The translations under genes were made by a program, and so were the position numbers. A stretch of 64,000 nucleotides of DNA from Acidobacteriota bacterium. GTDB lineage: Bacteria; Acidobacteriota; Vicinamibacteria; Vicinamibacterales; UBA2999. Below the pieces are notes generated by a model that had not been told where the DNA came from, ran no database searches, and saw only the letters and a program-made list of their open reading frames with translations. The stretch covers positions 11,479-75,478 of the forward strand of contig JACQTK010000142.1 in assembly GCA_016210845.1 (NCBI GenBank), in the 5' to 3' direction. Positions 1 to 9,635 of this stretch are shown piece after piece; position 1 is the stretch's first letter, and every line of letters starts with the position of its first letter.

Positions 1-260
1 CGGCGCCACTCATCGAAGACGTCCAGCACGTCGGCCTCGCAGAACTCGATGCGCACCGGCCGCCGCCGCGGACCCTTGGCATAGTAGCGCTCGAAGTACC
101 GATCGATGCCGCGATAGGCCACGTTCAGCGGCACGCCCTGCGCCGCCCAGCCGCACACCTGCTCGAACGCGGGCCCGACGATGCGGATCAGATGTCCGTC
201 GTTCTTGCGGCAGAGATACGCCTCGACCTGACGGCAGTACCTCTCAGGACCGTCGTTCAC
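1..260 (-). CDS. hypothetical protein, N-terminal part (gene runs off the window start)
   Basis: Minus-strand frame is open from GTG (260..258) to the window edge (VNDGPERYCRQVEAYLCRKNDGHLIRIVGPAFEQV...). It is absent from the ORF track because no stop lies in the window. No family recognised. Confidence 0.3.
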   Translation of the reverse strand, partial: MNDGPERYCRQVEAYLCRKNDGHLIRIVGPAFEQVCGWAAQGVPLNVAYRGIDRYFERYYAKGPRRRPVRIEFCEADVLDVFDEWR

Positions 261-397
261 GCTTCTCGGTTCTCCATGGGCTCTGTTCGTGTTCCAGGTT
301 CGGTTCGAGGTTCGCTGCCCGGCGCATGGAGATCGTGGACCGAACCCTCGAACCCCGAACACAAACCGGGAACCGAGAAGCCAGAAGCGTGAACGAC
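252..397. repeat. ~145-bp imperfect palindrome (long hairpin) between birA stop and the start of the leftward gene
   Basis: gtcgttcacgcttct (252-266) pairs perfectly with agaagcgtgaacgac (383-397). gcttctcggttc (261-272) pairs with gaaccgagaagc (371-382). The GGTTCG-rich run 297-314 pairs with 341-360. Confidence 0.7.
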
Positions 398-402
398 ATC
401 TT

Positions 403-1209
403 TTAGACCCACTGTACTTCCCCAGCGATGATGCGCTCGCGACCGGTGTCTGTGCGCACGATCAGCGCGCCGCGCGCATCGATGTCCTCCGCCACGCCCA
501 CGCGCACGCCGTCGGCGGCTTCCCACCGTACCGCACGTCCGAGCGAGGGTGCCGCGCGGCGGCGCCAGCCGCCGATCACCATCCCCTCTCGTCCGCCCTG
601 CAGGTCGGCGTACCGTGCGGCCAGCGCGCACAGGCATTCGGCCAGCAGCAGGCCGCGATCCACCGCGCGGCCCAACTCGACCTCGAGGCTGGTGGCGCGC
701 GAAGCAATCTCGGGGGGATAGGCCGCAGGCGCAACGTTGATGCCGATGCCGAGGATCACGTATTGAACCGACGCAGTTGCCGTCGCGGGCGCGGCCTCGG
801 CGAGCACCCCCGCCACCTTGCGTTCGCCGAGATACACGTCGTTCGGCCACTTGAGATGCGAGTCGAGCCCGGTGGCCGCGCGAATCCCTTCGGCCACCGC
901 CACTCCGGCCGCGATCGTCAGCAGCGGCACGGTGTGCGGTGGCGGCGTCAGGACGATCGAGACGTAGAGCCCCGCGCCAGGCGGCGACACCCACGTTCGT
1001 CCGTAGCGTCCGCGCCCGGCGGACTGCGCGTCGGCCATCACGATGCAGCCCTCCTCCACCCCTCGTTCGGCCAGTGCGGCGGCCAGATCGTTGGTCGACG
1101 CCACTTCCGGATACCACAGAATCGCGCGGGCGAACGGGCCCAGTCGATCGGCGCACCGTGCCAGGGGCTCGCCGACGTCAGGCGGAAGCGGAGAGGGGGA
1201 AGATCTCAA
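403..1209 (-). CDS. birA: biotin--[acetyl-CoA-carboxylase] ligase (short form, no N-terminal HTH visible)
   Basis: 268-aa ORF with the BPL signature QSAGRGRYGRTWVSPPGAGLYVS and KWPNDVY. Confidence 0.85.
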   Translation of the reverse strand: MRSSPSPLPPDVGEPLARCADRLGPFARAILWYPEVASTNDLAAALAERGVEEGCIVMADAQSAGRGRYGRTWVSPPGAGLYVSIVLTPPPHTVPLLTIAAGVAVAEGIRAATGLDSHLKWPNDVYLGERKVAGVLAEAAPATATASVQYVILGIGINVAPAAYPPEIASRATSLEVELGRAVDRGLLLAECLCALAARYADLQGGREGMVIGGWRRRAAPSLGRAVRWEAADGVRVGVAEDIDARGALIVRTDTGRERIIAGEVQWV

Positions 1210-2044
1210 AGCTCAGGTCCACCGCGGGCGCCGAGTGCGTGAGCGCGCCGATCGACACGTAATCGGCGCCCGTGGCCGCCAGCTCCCGCATGCGGGCGAG
1301 CGTCACGCCGCCCGAGATCTCCGTCTTGGCCGCCCCGCGGCACCGCCTCACCGCCTCGACGATCTCGGCGGTCGAGAGGTTGTCGAGGAGGATGATCTCG
1401 GCGCCCGCCCGAAGCGCCGCATCCACGTCGCCGAGGCTCTGCGCCTCCACCTCGGTCGGCATCTCGCGGTTGGCCTTGCGCATCCGTGTGACCGCCAGCT
1501 CGACGCCGCCGGCCAGGCGGACGTGGTTGTCCTTGATGAGGATGCCTTCGTCCAGGCCGCTGCGGTGGTTGACGCCTCCGCCCGCCCGCACGGCGTACTT
1601 CTCCAGCGCGCGCAGCAGCGGCGTCGTCTTGCGCGTGTCCAGGATGAGGATCCCGCTGGCGGCCGCGTCGACGAACTGACGCGTCAGCGTGGCGATTCCC
1701 GAGAGCCGCTGCAGGAAGTTGAGCGCCGTGCGCTCGGCCGTGAGCATCGGCGCAGCGTGGCCGCGATACTCGGCCACGATCGCCCCGGGCTCGCAGCGGT
1801 CGCCGTCCTTGAGACGACAGGACACCGCGATGCCCGGATCGAGCTGCCGGAACGTCTCCGAGGCGATGTCGACGCCCGCGAGGACGCACGCGGATTTCGC
1901 CAGGATGACGCCGCGCCCCTTGAGGTCGCGATCGATGATGGTCTCGGTGGTCACGTCGCCCCAGCCGTAGTCCTCGGCGAGCGCGCGGCGCACGATCTCG
2001 CGATACACGCCCGGATCGAGCGGCTCGAACGGGACGGGCCTCAC
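1178..2044 (-). CDS. nadC: nicotinate-nucleotide diphosphorylase (quinolinate phosphoribosyltransferase)
   Basis: Motifs ALAEDYGWGDVTT, TAERTALNFLQRLSGIAT, LDTRKTTP and IKDNH. The ORF track extends to 2143, but those first ~33 codons are encoded by a repeat element, so I prefer the GTG at 2044 (288 aa). Confidence 0.85.
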   Translation of the reverse strand: MRPVPFEPLDPGVYREIVRRALAEDYGWGDVTTETIIDRDLKGRGVILAKSACVLAGVDIASETFRQLDPGIAVSCRLKDGDRCEPGAIVAEYRGHAAPMLTAERTALNFLQRLSGIATLTRQFVDAAASGILILDTRKTTPLLRALEKYAVRAGGGVNHRSGLDEGILIKDNHVRLAGGVELAVTRMRKANREMPTEVEAQSLGDVDAALRAGAEIILLDNLSTAEIVEAVRRCRGAAKTEISGGVTLARMRELAATGADYVSIGALTHSAPAVDLSFEIFPLSASA

Positions 2045-2065
2045 GCGCGGGTCTCCGGGGGGGTC

Positions 2066-2208
2066 GGACCGCGATACGGCCCTGTACGAGAGCGGCCGTA
2101 TAGCGGTCCCCGCGCGCGGAGCGCGCCAAGAAATACTGGCCAACCAGTCACGGGCCCGGGGTCAGTCTGCTGGTCCATGGGACATCAACCGAGAGTCCGT
2201 GACTGGTT
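2066..2208 (-). repeat. dual-hairpin element, copy C (same family as 9867-10012, 34702-34848 and 58612-58737)
   Basis: Hairpin GGACCGCGATACGGCC...GGCCGTATAGCGGTCC, conserved core CGCGCGGAGCGCGCCAAGAAATACTGGCCAACCAG, then hairpin AACCAGTCACGG...CCGTGACTGGTT. It overlaps the valS 3' end and the annotated nadC 5' extension. Confidence 0.75.
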
Positions 2209-4798
2209 CCTCTTCGAAGCGGAGCTGCACCTCGTCCACGTCCGCGAACGTCAGGCTGCGGATGTGCGCGGCCGCCTGAAAGTCGCGCGCCGCGGGCCGT
2301 AATCCCTCGCACGCCCGCGGCAGGATCGCTTCGATGATGGCGGTCCTGGCGGGCTTCTTGAGCATCGACTTCTGGCGCCGTACGTCGGCCAGCGCCCGCT
2401 GCGCCGCCCCGCGCACGGCCAGCGCCGCCTCGTCTTCGCCGCCAATCGGATCCAGTACCTCGCCAGGCGTCGGCCACGCCGTGCGATGGACCGATCCGGG
2501 CCGCCACCACGACCAGACCTCTTCTGTGACGAAGGGCAGGTACGGCGCAAACAGACGCAACAGGGCCGAGAGCGCCCCGAGCATCGCGCTGTTGGCCGAG
2601 GCGGCGGCGGCCGCGCCGAAGTCGCCGTAGCGCCGTGACTTGACCAGCTCGAGGTAGTCGTCGCAGAAGGCCCAGAAGAACGCCTCGGTGCGCTCGAGCA
2701 CGCGCGCGTAGTCGTACGCCTCGAGCTGTTCGGTGGATTCGCGCACCAGGATGGCGAGCTCGGTCAGCATGCCGCGGTCGAGCGGTTCGACGATGGGCCC
2801 GCGCGGCTCGGCCTGCATCAGCGCGAACCGGGCCGCGTTGAGGATCTTGATGGCCAGGCGGCGGCCCACCTTCATCTGTCCGGGATCGAAGGCCGTGTCC
2901 GTTCCAGGCCGGCCGCTGGCCGCCCAGTACCGCACGCCGTCGGAGCCGTGCTCCTCGAGCAGCGCCATCGGCGTCACGACGTTGCCCTTCGACTTGGACA
3001 TCTTCTTCCGGTCCGGATCGAGCACCCAGCCCGAGATGGCGGCATTGGTCCACGGCAGCGATCCATGCTCGAGCTCCGCGCGGAGCACCGTGGAGAACAG
3101 CCACGTCCGGATGATGTCGTGTGCCTGCGGGCGCAGGTCCATCGGGAACACGCGGGCGAAGAGCCCGGGATCGTCGAGCCAGCCGCCGGCGATCTGCGGC
3201 GTCACCGACGAAGTGGCCCACGTGTCCATGACGTCCGGATCGCCCGCAAAGCCGTGCGGCACGCCGCGCTGGTCCGCCGTGTACCCTTCGGGCGCGTCGG
3301 TCGAGGGATCGATGGGGAGGCGCGACTCGTCGGGCAGCAGCGGATGCGCGTAGTCGAGCGCGCCGTCCGCGTTCACGGGATACCACACGGGAAACGGGAC
3401 GCCGAAGAACCGCTGACGGCTGATGCACCAGTCGCCCGCGAGGCCGTTGACCCAGTTCTCGAAGCGGTGGCGCATGTACTCCGGATGCCACCGCAGCTCG
3501 CGGCCCCGCGCCAGCAGCGTTTCGCGGAACTCCATCGTCTTGATGAACCACTGCCGGCTGGTGATGATCTCGAGCGGGCGATCGCCCTTCTCGTAGAACT
3601 TCACCGGATGGGTGACGGGGCGCGGCTCGCCCGCCAGATCGCCCGACTCGCGCAGCAGCTCGACGATCCGCGTACGCGCCTTGGCGGCGGAGAGATTGGT
3701 GAGCTGGTCGTAGGCCCCCTGGGCCCGCGCGGGATCGCGCGAGTCCCACTCGGCGCTGCCCCACGCGACCGGGCGCAGCGAACCGTTCGGCGTGATGACG
3801 GCGCGCACGGGCAGCGCCAGCTCTCGCCACCATGTCACGTCGGTGAGGTCGCCGAAGGTGCAGATCATCGCGATGCCGCTCCCCTTTTCGGGATCGGCCA
3901 GCGGGTGTGCCCTGACCGGCACGGGCACGCCGAACAGCGGCGTGATCACCTCGGTGCCGAACAGCGGCCGGTAGCGCTCGTCGTCGGGATGCGCGACGAG
4001 GGCGACGCACGCCGGAATCAGCTCGGGCCTCGTCGTCTCGATCTCGACAGAGCCGCCCGCGGGACGCGCGAACCGGATTCGGTGATAGGCGCCAGGCTGC
4101 TCGCGATCCTCGAGCTCCGCCTGCGCCACCGCCGTGCGAAAGTCGACGTCCCACAGCGTGGGCGCCTCGAGCTGGTACGCGATGCCGCGCTTCACCAGGC
4201 GGAGAAACGACGCCTGCGAGACGCGCTGCGCCCGGCGGTCGATGGTCGCGTACGTCATCGACCAGTCCACCGAGAGGCCGAGATGCCGCCACAGGCCCTC
4301 GAAGGCCTTCTCGTCTTCGACGGTCAGCCGGTTACAGAGCTCGACGAAGTTGGGCCGCGAGATCGCGACGGCGTGCCTGCCTGGCTTCTCGCCCCTCGAC
4401 TGCGCTCGGGGCGACCCTGAGCCAGCTGAATGGGTCGGCGGGCGGAACGCGGGATCGTACGGCAGCGAGGGGTCGCACCGGACGCCGTAGTAGTTCTGCA
4501 CCCGACGCTCGGTGGGCAGGCCGTTGTCGTCCCACCCCATCGGGTAGAACACGGCCTTCCCGCGCATGCGCTGGAACCGGGCGATCACGTCAGTATGCGT
4601 GTACGAGAAGACGTGACCGACGTGCAGCGAGCCGCTGACCGTGGGCGGCGGCGTGTCAATCGAATAGATCCGCTCTCGGCTCCGGTCGCGTTCGAAGCCG
4701 TACGTCGCGTCGGCTTCCCATCGGGCGGTCCATTTGGCCTCGAGGCCCTCGAGGGCAGGCTTGTCGGGAAGGGAAATCGGGAGGGGTACGTCGGACAT
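2162..4798 (-). CDS. valS: valine--tRNA ligase
   Basis: 878 aa with a class I HIGH motif (SLHVGHVFSY), KMSKSKGN, and ValS-type editing and anticodon-binding regions. Confidence 0.95.
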   Translation of the reverse strand: MSDVPLPISLPDKPALEGLEAKWTARWEADATYGFERDRSRERIYSIDTPPPTVSGSLHVGHVFSYTHTDVIARFQRMRGKAVFYPMGWDDNGLPTERRVQNYYGVRCDPSLPYDPAFRPPTHSAGSGSPRAQSRGEKPGRHAVAISRPNFVELCNRLTVEDEKAFEGLWRHLGLSVDWSMTYATIDRRAQRVSQASFLRLVKRGIAYQLEAPTLWDVDFRTAVAQAELEDREQPGAYHRIRFARPAGGSVEIETTRPELIPACVALVAHPDDERYRPLFGTEVITPLFGVPVPVRAHPLADPEKGSGIAMICTFGDLTDVTWWRELALPVRAVITPNGSLRPVAWGSAEWDSRDPARAQGAYDQLTNLSAAKARTRIVELLRESGDLAGEPRPVTHPVKFYEKGDRPLEIITSRQWFIKTMEFRETLLARGRELRWHPEYMRHRFENWVNGLAGDWCISRQRFFGVPFPVWYPVNADGALDYAHPLLPDESRLPIDPSTDAPEGYTADQRGVPHGFAGDPDVMDTWATSSVTPQIAGGWLDDPGLFARVFPMDLRPQAHDIIRTWLFSTVLRAELEHGSLPWTNAAISGWVLDPDRKKMSKSKGNVVTPMALLEEHGSDGVRYWAASGRPGTDTAFDPGQMKVGRRLAIKILNAARFALMQAEPRGPIVEPLDRGMLTELAILVRESTEQLEAYDYARVLERTEAFFWAFCDDYLELVKSRRYGDFGAAAAASANSAMLGALSALLRLFAPYLPFVTEEVWSWWRPGSVHRTAWPTPGEVLDPIGGEDEAALAVRGAAQRALADVRRQKSMLKKPARTAIIEAILPRACEGLRPAARDFQAAAHIRSLTFADVDEVQLRFEEEPVTDSRLMSHGPAD

Positions 4799-4810
4799 TT
4801 CGTGACTAGT

Positions 4811-4876
<66 letters not shown>

Positions 4877-4884
<8 letters not shown>

Positions 4885-6040
4885 GGCTTCTTATCCGCTC
4901 GATTTCCTCGCGGACGAGCCGCTCGGCCACCCTCGACACGATCTCGACGACGACGTCGCGGGCCGCGCTCGGCGCCAACCGCTCCAGGACTCGACGTGTG
5001 ACCTCGTCGACGAGCGCGTCGGTCACGGCCGGCTCGGAGGCCCCGCTCGTCAGGCGAACGGGAGCCGCGCCTGGCTCGCCCTGCTCGACCGCGAGCAGCG
5101 CCGTAAACGCATCGGCCACGAGGCTCCGTGCGGGGGGACCTTCGGCCATCGGCGATCGGGGCGCGGGATGCGCCGCCCCCACACTCAGGTCCGATCCCTG
5201 CGGCGCACGCGTGGGCGTGATGTCCGGCGGTTCCACCGGTGGCGGCGTCACGGGCGCGGCCGGCGACAGGGACGCGAGCGGCGGCGGGTGGAGCGGGAGA
5301 TCGATGGCCGGCGCGGGCGCGGCTGCGAAGTCGGCGCCCAGGATCTCGTCCAGGGTGGGGATGTCGAGCCGATCGTCGAGCGCGTCCAGCTCGCGCGGCG
5401 CAGGCGGCGACGGCGCGGCCGCGCCGTCGAGGGTGGCAAACGCGGCATCGAGGCGATCGAAATAGTCGTCCAGCGACTCGTCAGGGGCCGGCGACGAGGC
5501 GGCGCGCTCCCCGGGCGGCGGGATCGCGTCGAGATCGAAGTCCTCGACGGCGTCACGGTCGACGACCGGCGCCGGACGGGCCTCCTCGCGCCGCGGGAAC
5601 TCCAGCGTGCGCGGGGCGAGCCGCTCCACGGGCCGCGGAACGTCGGCCGTCGCCCGGGTGGGCGTGCCCCTGGCGCCTTCGAGCAGCTCCCGCACGCGCG
5701 CGATCACCTGCTGCGGCTCGAACGGCTTGACCAGCACGCCGTCGCACCCCACCTGCTCGGCGCGGGCCTCGTCGACGGGCTCGAAGGCGCCGGCCAGCAG
5801 CAGCACCGGAATGTGCCCGAGGTCGGGATGCCCCTTCACGAACGCCGCCACGTCGTACCCGCTGCGCTTCGGCATGCCGATGTCGGCCAGCACGATGTCG
5901 GGCCGCTCGGCCGGAATGCGGGCAATGGCCTGCTCGCCGTCGCCGACGGTGACGACCTGCACGTCTTCACCCGAGAACGTGAGCTCGATCACGCGCTGAA
6001 TCGTGACGCTGTCGTCGGCGAGCAGCAGCTTGTGGCTCAT
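4877..6040 (-). CDS. response regulator receiver protein with a Pro/Ala-rich linker and an uncharacterised C-terminal helical domain
   Basis: The N-terminal ~120 aa are CheY-like (LLADDS..., DIVLADIGMP, VLVKPF). The remainder is low-complexity P/A-rich followed by a ~60-aa helical tail. Confidence 0.8.
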
Positions 6041-6044
6041 CGCG

Positions 6045-6455
6045 TCAGATCGACTCTACGCGTGGACGCACGTGCGCGGTGATGAAGTCGACGATCGCCT
6101 GCGTGCGCGTGCCAGGCAGGAAGATCCCGCGGATGCCCATCTCGTTCAACGCCGGAATGTCGACGTCGGGGATGATGCCGCCCACCACCACCAGCACGTC
6201 CTGCAGGCCCTTCTCCCTCAGCAGCTCCATGATGCGCGGGCAGATGTGCATGTGGGCGCCGGAGAGGATCGACAGGCCGATGACGTCGGCGTCCTCCTGG
6301 AGGGCGGCGCCGACGATCTGCTCCGGCGTCTGGCGCAGCCCGGTGTAGATCACCTCCATGCCCGCGTCGCGCAGCGCCCGGGCAATCACCCTGGCGCCGC
6401 GGTCGTGGCCATCGAGGCCCGGTTTGGCGATGACGACCCTGATCGTTCGATTCAT
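6045..6455 (-). CDS. acyl-CoA mutase small subunit (cobalamin-binding domain)
   Basis: 136 aa with [29 protein letters not shown] (DxHxxG B12-binding motif). Confidence 0.9.
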   Translation of the reverse strand: MNRTIRVVIAKPGLDGHDRGARVIARALRDAGMEVIYTGLRQTPEQIVGAALQEDADVIGLSILSGAHMHICPRIMELLREKGLQDVLVVVGGIIPDVDIPALNEMGIRGIFLPGTRTQAIVDFITAHVRPRVESI

Positions 6456-6457
6456 GT

Positions 6458-6590
<133 letters not shown>

Positions 6591-6595
6591 CAGCT

Positions 6596-8245
6596 TCAGA
6601 TTACCGGATCCTCCTCGTACTCGCCCCACACCTCACGCAGAGCGTCGCACATCTCGCCGATGGTCGCATAGGCCCGCACCGCGTCCAGCAACAGCGACAT
6701 CACGTTGGCGGTCCCCTGCGCGCCCCCTTTGAGCGCGTCGAGCGTCTGGCGGACGCGGGCGCCGTCGCGCGAGGCCCGCAGCCGATCCAGCCTGGCCACC
6801 TGACGCGCCGCCACCGATTCGTCGATATGGAGGATCCCGACCGGCTCCTCCTCTTCGGCGACGAAGTCGTTGACGCCGACGATGATCTGCTCCCGCGTCT
6901 CCACGGCCTGCTGGAACCGATAGGCGCTCTCGGCGATCTCCTTCTGGGGGTACCCGCGCTCGATCGCCTCCACCATGCCGCCCAGCCGATCGATCGTGTC
7001 GAAGTACGCGAGCGCCTCCGCCTCGAGGTCGTTCGTGAGCTTCTCCACGAAGTAGGATCCGCCCAGCGGATCCACCACGTTGGCCACTCCGGTCTCGTGC
7101 GCGATGATCTGCTGCGTTCGTACGGCCAGTGTCGCGGCCTCGGCCGTCGGCAGCGCCAGCGCCTCGTCCAGCGAGTTGGTGTGCAGCGACTGCGTGCCGC
7201 CGAGCACGCCCGAGAGCGCCTGCAGCGCGGTGCGGGCCACGTTGTTGTACGGCTGCTGCGCCGTGAGCGACACACCGGCCGTCTGGGTGTGAAACCGCAG
7301 CTGCCACGAGCGGGGGCTCGTCGCCTTGAACCGGTCGCGCATGACGCGGGCCCAGATGCGGCGGGCGGCGCGGTACTTGGCGATCTCCTCGAAGAAGTCG
7401 CTGTGCGCGTTGAAGAAGAAGGAGATGCGCGGCGCGAAGTCGTCCACGTCGAGCCCCGCGTCGATGCCGTACTGGACGTACTCCACGCCGTCGCGGAGCG
7501 TGAAGGCCAGCTCCTGCGCCGCGGTCGCCCCCGCCTCGCGGATATGGTAGCCGCTCACCGAGATGGTGTTCCTCTTCGGCACGTGCTCGGCGCAGAACGC
7601 GAAGACGGCGGTGACGAGCCGCATCGACGGCCGCGGCGGAAAGATGTACTCCTTTTGCGCGATGAACTCCTTGAGAATGTCGTTCTGAATCGTGCCCGAG
7701 ACGGTCTGCCAGCTCGCGTGCTGCTTCTCCGCCACCACGAGGTACATGGCCAGGATCATGGCGGCCGGCGAGTTGATCGTCATCGACGTGGTGATCGACC
7801 CCAGGTCGATGCCGCTGAAGAGCGTCTCCATGTCGGCGAGCGACGCGACGTTCACGCCGCACTTGCCGACCTCGCCGCGCGACAGCTCGTGATCCGGATC
7901 GCGGCCCATGAGCGTCGGCAGATCGAACGCGACGCTCAGCCCGGTGCCACCGGCTCGAAGCAGGTGCCGGTACCGCTCGTTGGTCTCCTCGGGCGTGCCG
8001 AACCCCGAGAACTGCCGGATCGTCCAGAGGCGGCCGCGGTATCCCGTCGCGTGAATGCCGCGCGTGTACGGGAACTCGCCAGGATCGCCGAGATCCCGCG
8101 GGTAGTCGACGCCGCGCACGTCGTCGGGTGTATAGAGTCGATCGATCGGACGGAGGGAGATGGTCCTGAACGGCCTCGGGCGCTCCGGCGACCGCCGTTC
8201 GCGACCCTGCTCCGCCGCCGCGGGCGCGCTCTTCATCCCCGTCAA
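6596..8245 (-). CDS. acyl-CoA mutase large (substrate-binding) subunit, isobutyryl-CoA-mutase type
   Basis: 549 aa of the MCM family ([36 protein letters not shown]). It has TIRQFSGF and [11 protein letters not shown], i.e. Phe and Gln at the positions that are Tyr89 and Arg207 in methylmalonyl-CoA mutase. Confidence 0.85.
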   Translation of the reverse strand: MTGMKSAPAAAEQGRERRSPERPRPFRTISLRPIDRLYTPDDVRGVDYPRDLGDPGEFPYTRGIHATGYRGRLWTIRQFSGFGTPEETNERYRHLLRAGGTGLSVAFDLPTLMGRDPDHELSRGEVGKCGVNVASLADMETLFSGIDLGSITTSMTINSPAAMILAMYLVVAEKQHASWQTVSGTIQNDILKEFIAQKEYIFPPRPSMRLVTAVFAFCAEHVPKRNTISVSGYHIREAGATAAQELAFTLRDGVEYVQYGIDAGLDVDDFAPRISFFFNAHSDFFEEIAKYRAARRIWARVMRDRFKATSPRSWQLRFHTQTAGVSLTAQQPYNNVARTALQALSGVLGGTQSLHTNSLDEALALPTAEAATLAVRTQQIIAHETGVANVVDPLGGSYFVEKLTNDLEAEALAYFDTIDRLGGMVEAIERGYPQKEIAESAYRFQQAVETREQIIVGVNDFVAEEEEPVGILHIDESVAARQVARLDRLRASRDGARVRQTLDALKGGAQGTANVMSLLLDAVRAYATIGEMCDALREVWGEYEEDPVI

Positions 8246-8267
8246 TTCTACTTACAATAGGGTATTC

Positions 8268-9518
8268 ATGGCCGAGCACGGCAGCATCTTCGAGGCGATG
8301 CTCCAGGAGTTCGACGGCGCCGCCCGCCTCCTCAAGCTCGAACCGGGGATCTGGAAGATCCTCACGCACCCCAAGCGCCAGATCATCGTCTCGTGCCCCG
8401 TGCAGATGGACAACGGAGACATCGAAGTCTTCACGGGGTATCGCGTGCAGTACAACATCACGCTCGGGCCCGCCAAAGGGGGGATCCGCTACCACCCCGA
8501 CGTGAGCCTGGATGAGGTGACCGCCCTGGCCGCCTGGATGACCTGGAAATGCGCCGTGGCGCACATCCCGTTCGGCGGCGCCAAGGGCGGGATCGTCTGC
8601 GACCCGACGCGGATGTCGAAGCGCGAGCTGGAAGCGCTCACGCGGCGGTACGTGGCCGAGATCATCGACGCCATCGGCCCCGAGAAGGACGTGCCCGCGC
8701 CCGACGTCAACACCAACGACCAGATCATGGCGTGGGTGATGGATACCTACAGCATGCACGTCGGCCACACGTCGACGGCCGTGGTCACGGGCAAGCCGCT
8801 CGAGCTGGGTGGATCGTTGGGCCGCCGCGAAGCCACCGGACGGGGCGTCATGATCGTGACGCGGGAGGCCGCCAGGCATCTGGGATTCGACATCAAGGGC
8901 GCCGCCATCGCCATTCAAGGCTTCGGCAACGTGGGGTCGGTCTCGGCCGATCTGCTGGCACGTCTCGGCGCGAAGATCGTGGCCGTGACCGACTGGAAGG
9001 GCGGCACCTACAACGCCCAGGGGCTCGACCTCGGCAGGCTGCTCGATCACGCGCGCGAGCACGCGACGGTGGACGGCTTTCCGGGCGGCGAGCCGCTCAC
9101 CAACGAGCAGCTGTTCGCGCTCGAGGTCGACGTGCTCATCCCCGCCGCGCTGGAAAACCAGATCACGATGGACAACGCGCCCGCCGTCCGGGCAAAGGTC
9201 GTGACCGAGGGGGCCAACGGGCCGACTACGCCCGACGCCCACAAGCTTCTCCACGAGCGCGGCATCTTCGTCATCCCCGACATCCTGGCCAACTCCGGCG
9301 GCGTGACGACGTCGTACTTCGAGTGGGTGCAGGACCGGTACGGCTACTTCTGGGAAGAAGACGAGGTCAACACGCGGCTCGAAAAGAAGATGTGCGAGGC
9401 GTTCGACGACGTGCTGCAGACCTCGCTCAAGTACAAGGTCGACCTCCGCACCTCCGCCTACATCGTGGCGATCTCCCGCGTGGGCACGGTCACGAAGATG
9501 CGCGGCATGTACGCGTGA
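8268..9518 (+). CDS. gdhA: glutamate dehydrogenase
   Basis: MAEHGSIFEAM... with catalytic PFGGAKGG and Rossmann GFGNVG motifs. I prefer the ATG at 8268 (416 aa) over the track start at 8160. Confidence 0.9.
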   Translation: MAEHGSIFEAMLQEFDGAARLLKLEPGIWKILTHPKRQIIVSCPVQMDNGDIEVFTGYRVQYNITLGPAKGGIRYHPDVSLDEVTALAAWMTWKCAVAHIPFGGAKGGIVCDPTRMSKRELEALTRRYVAEIIDAIGPEKDVPAPDVNTNDQIMAWVMDTYSMHVGHTSTAVVTGKPLELGGSLGRREATGRGVMIVTREAARHLGFDIKGAAIAIQGFGNVGSVSADLLARLGAKIVAVTDWKGGTYNAQGLDLGRLLDHAREHATVDGFPGGEPLTNEQLFALEVDVLIPAALENQITMDNAPAVRAKVVTEGANGPTTPDAHKLLHERGIFVIPDILANSGGVTTSYFEWVQDRYGYFWEEDEVNTRLEKKMCEAFDDVLQTSLKYKVDLRTSAYIVAISRVGTVTKMRGMYA

Positions 9519-9524
9519 TGCTCG

Positions 9525-9622
9525 TCGGTGCGAGCGCCCTCACGCTCGCCGGTGCGAACTCGATCTGTATCGGTGCGAGCCCGAGTCGTGTCGGTGCGAA
9601 TCTTCCGACACTTGTCGGTGCA
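9525..9622. repeat. five copies of (T/C)CGGTGC(G)A spaced 21-24 bp apart
   Basis: Motif starts at 9525, 9549, 9570, 9591 and 9615, in the convergent gap between the gdhA stop and the P460 stop. Confidence 0.7.
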
Positions 9623-9635
9623 CATTCGTTCCGGA

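Noticed and set aside
252-397. The palindrome downstream of birA considered as a BirA (bioO-like) operator.
   Set aside because: This BirA lacks the N-terminal HTH domain of repressor-type BirA. The palindrome is also far longer than a bio operator and is not upstream of a biotin gene.
8246-8267. TACAAT-like boxes just upstream of gdhA (8252-8257) and of mntA (about 13932-13938) considered as promoters or leaderless starts.
   Set aside because: No convincing -35 partner at proper spacing was found, and promoter consensus for this phylum is uncertain. This is not enough evidence to annotate.
6633-9254. Very long antisense or off-frame ORFs. Examples are 6633..9254 (873 aa), 18505..21000 (831 aa), 34857..37490 (877 aa), 29937..32108 (723 aa), 2148..4292 (714 aa), and 257..1156.
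   Set aside because: Their translations are Arg/Gly/Pro/Ala-rich low-complexity strings, typical of wrong-frame reading of high-GC DNA. Each overlaps an ORF with clear family motifs on another frame or strand.
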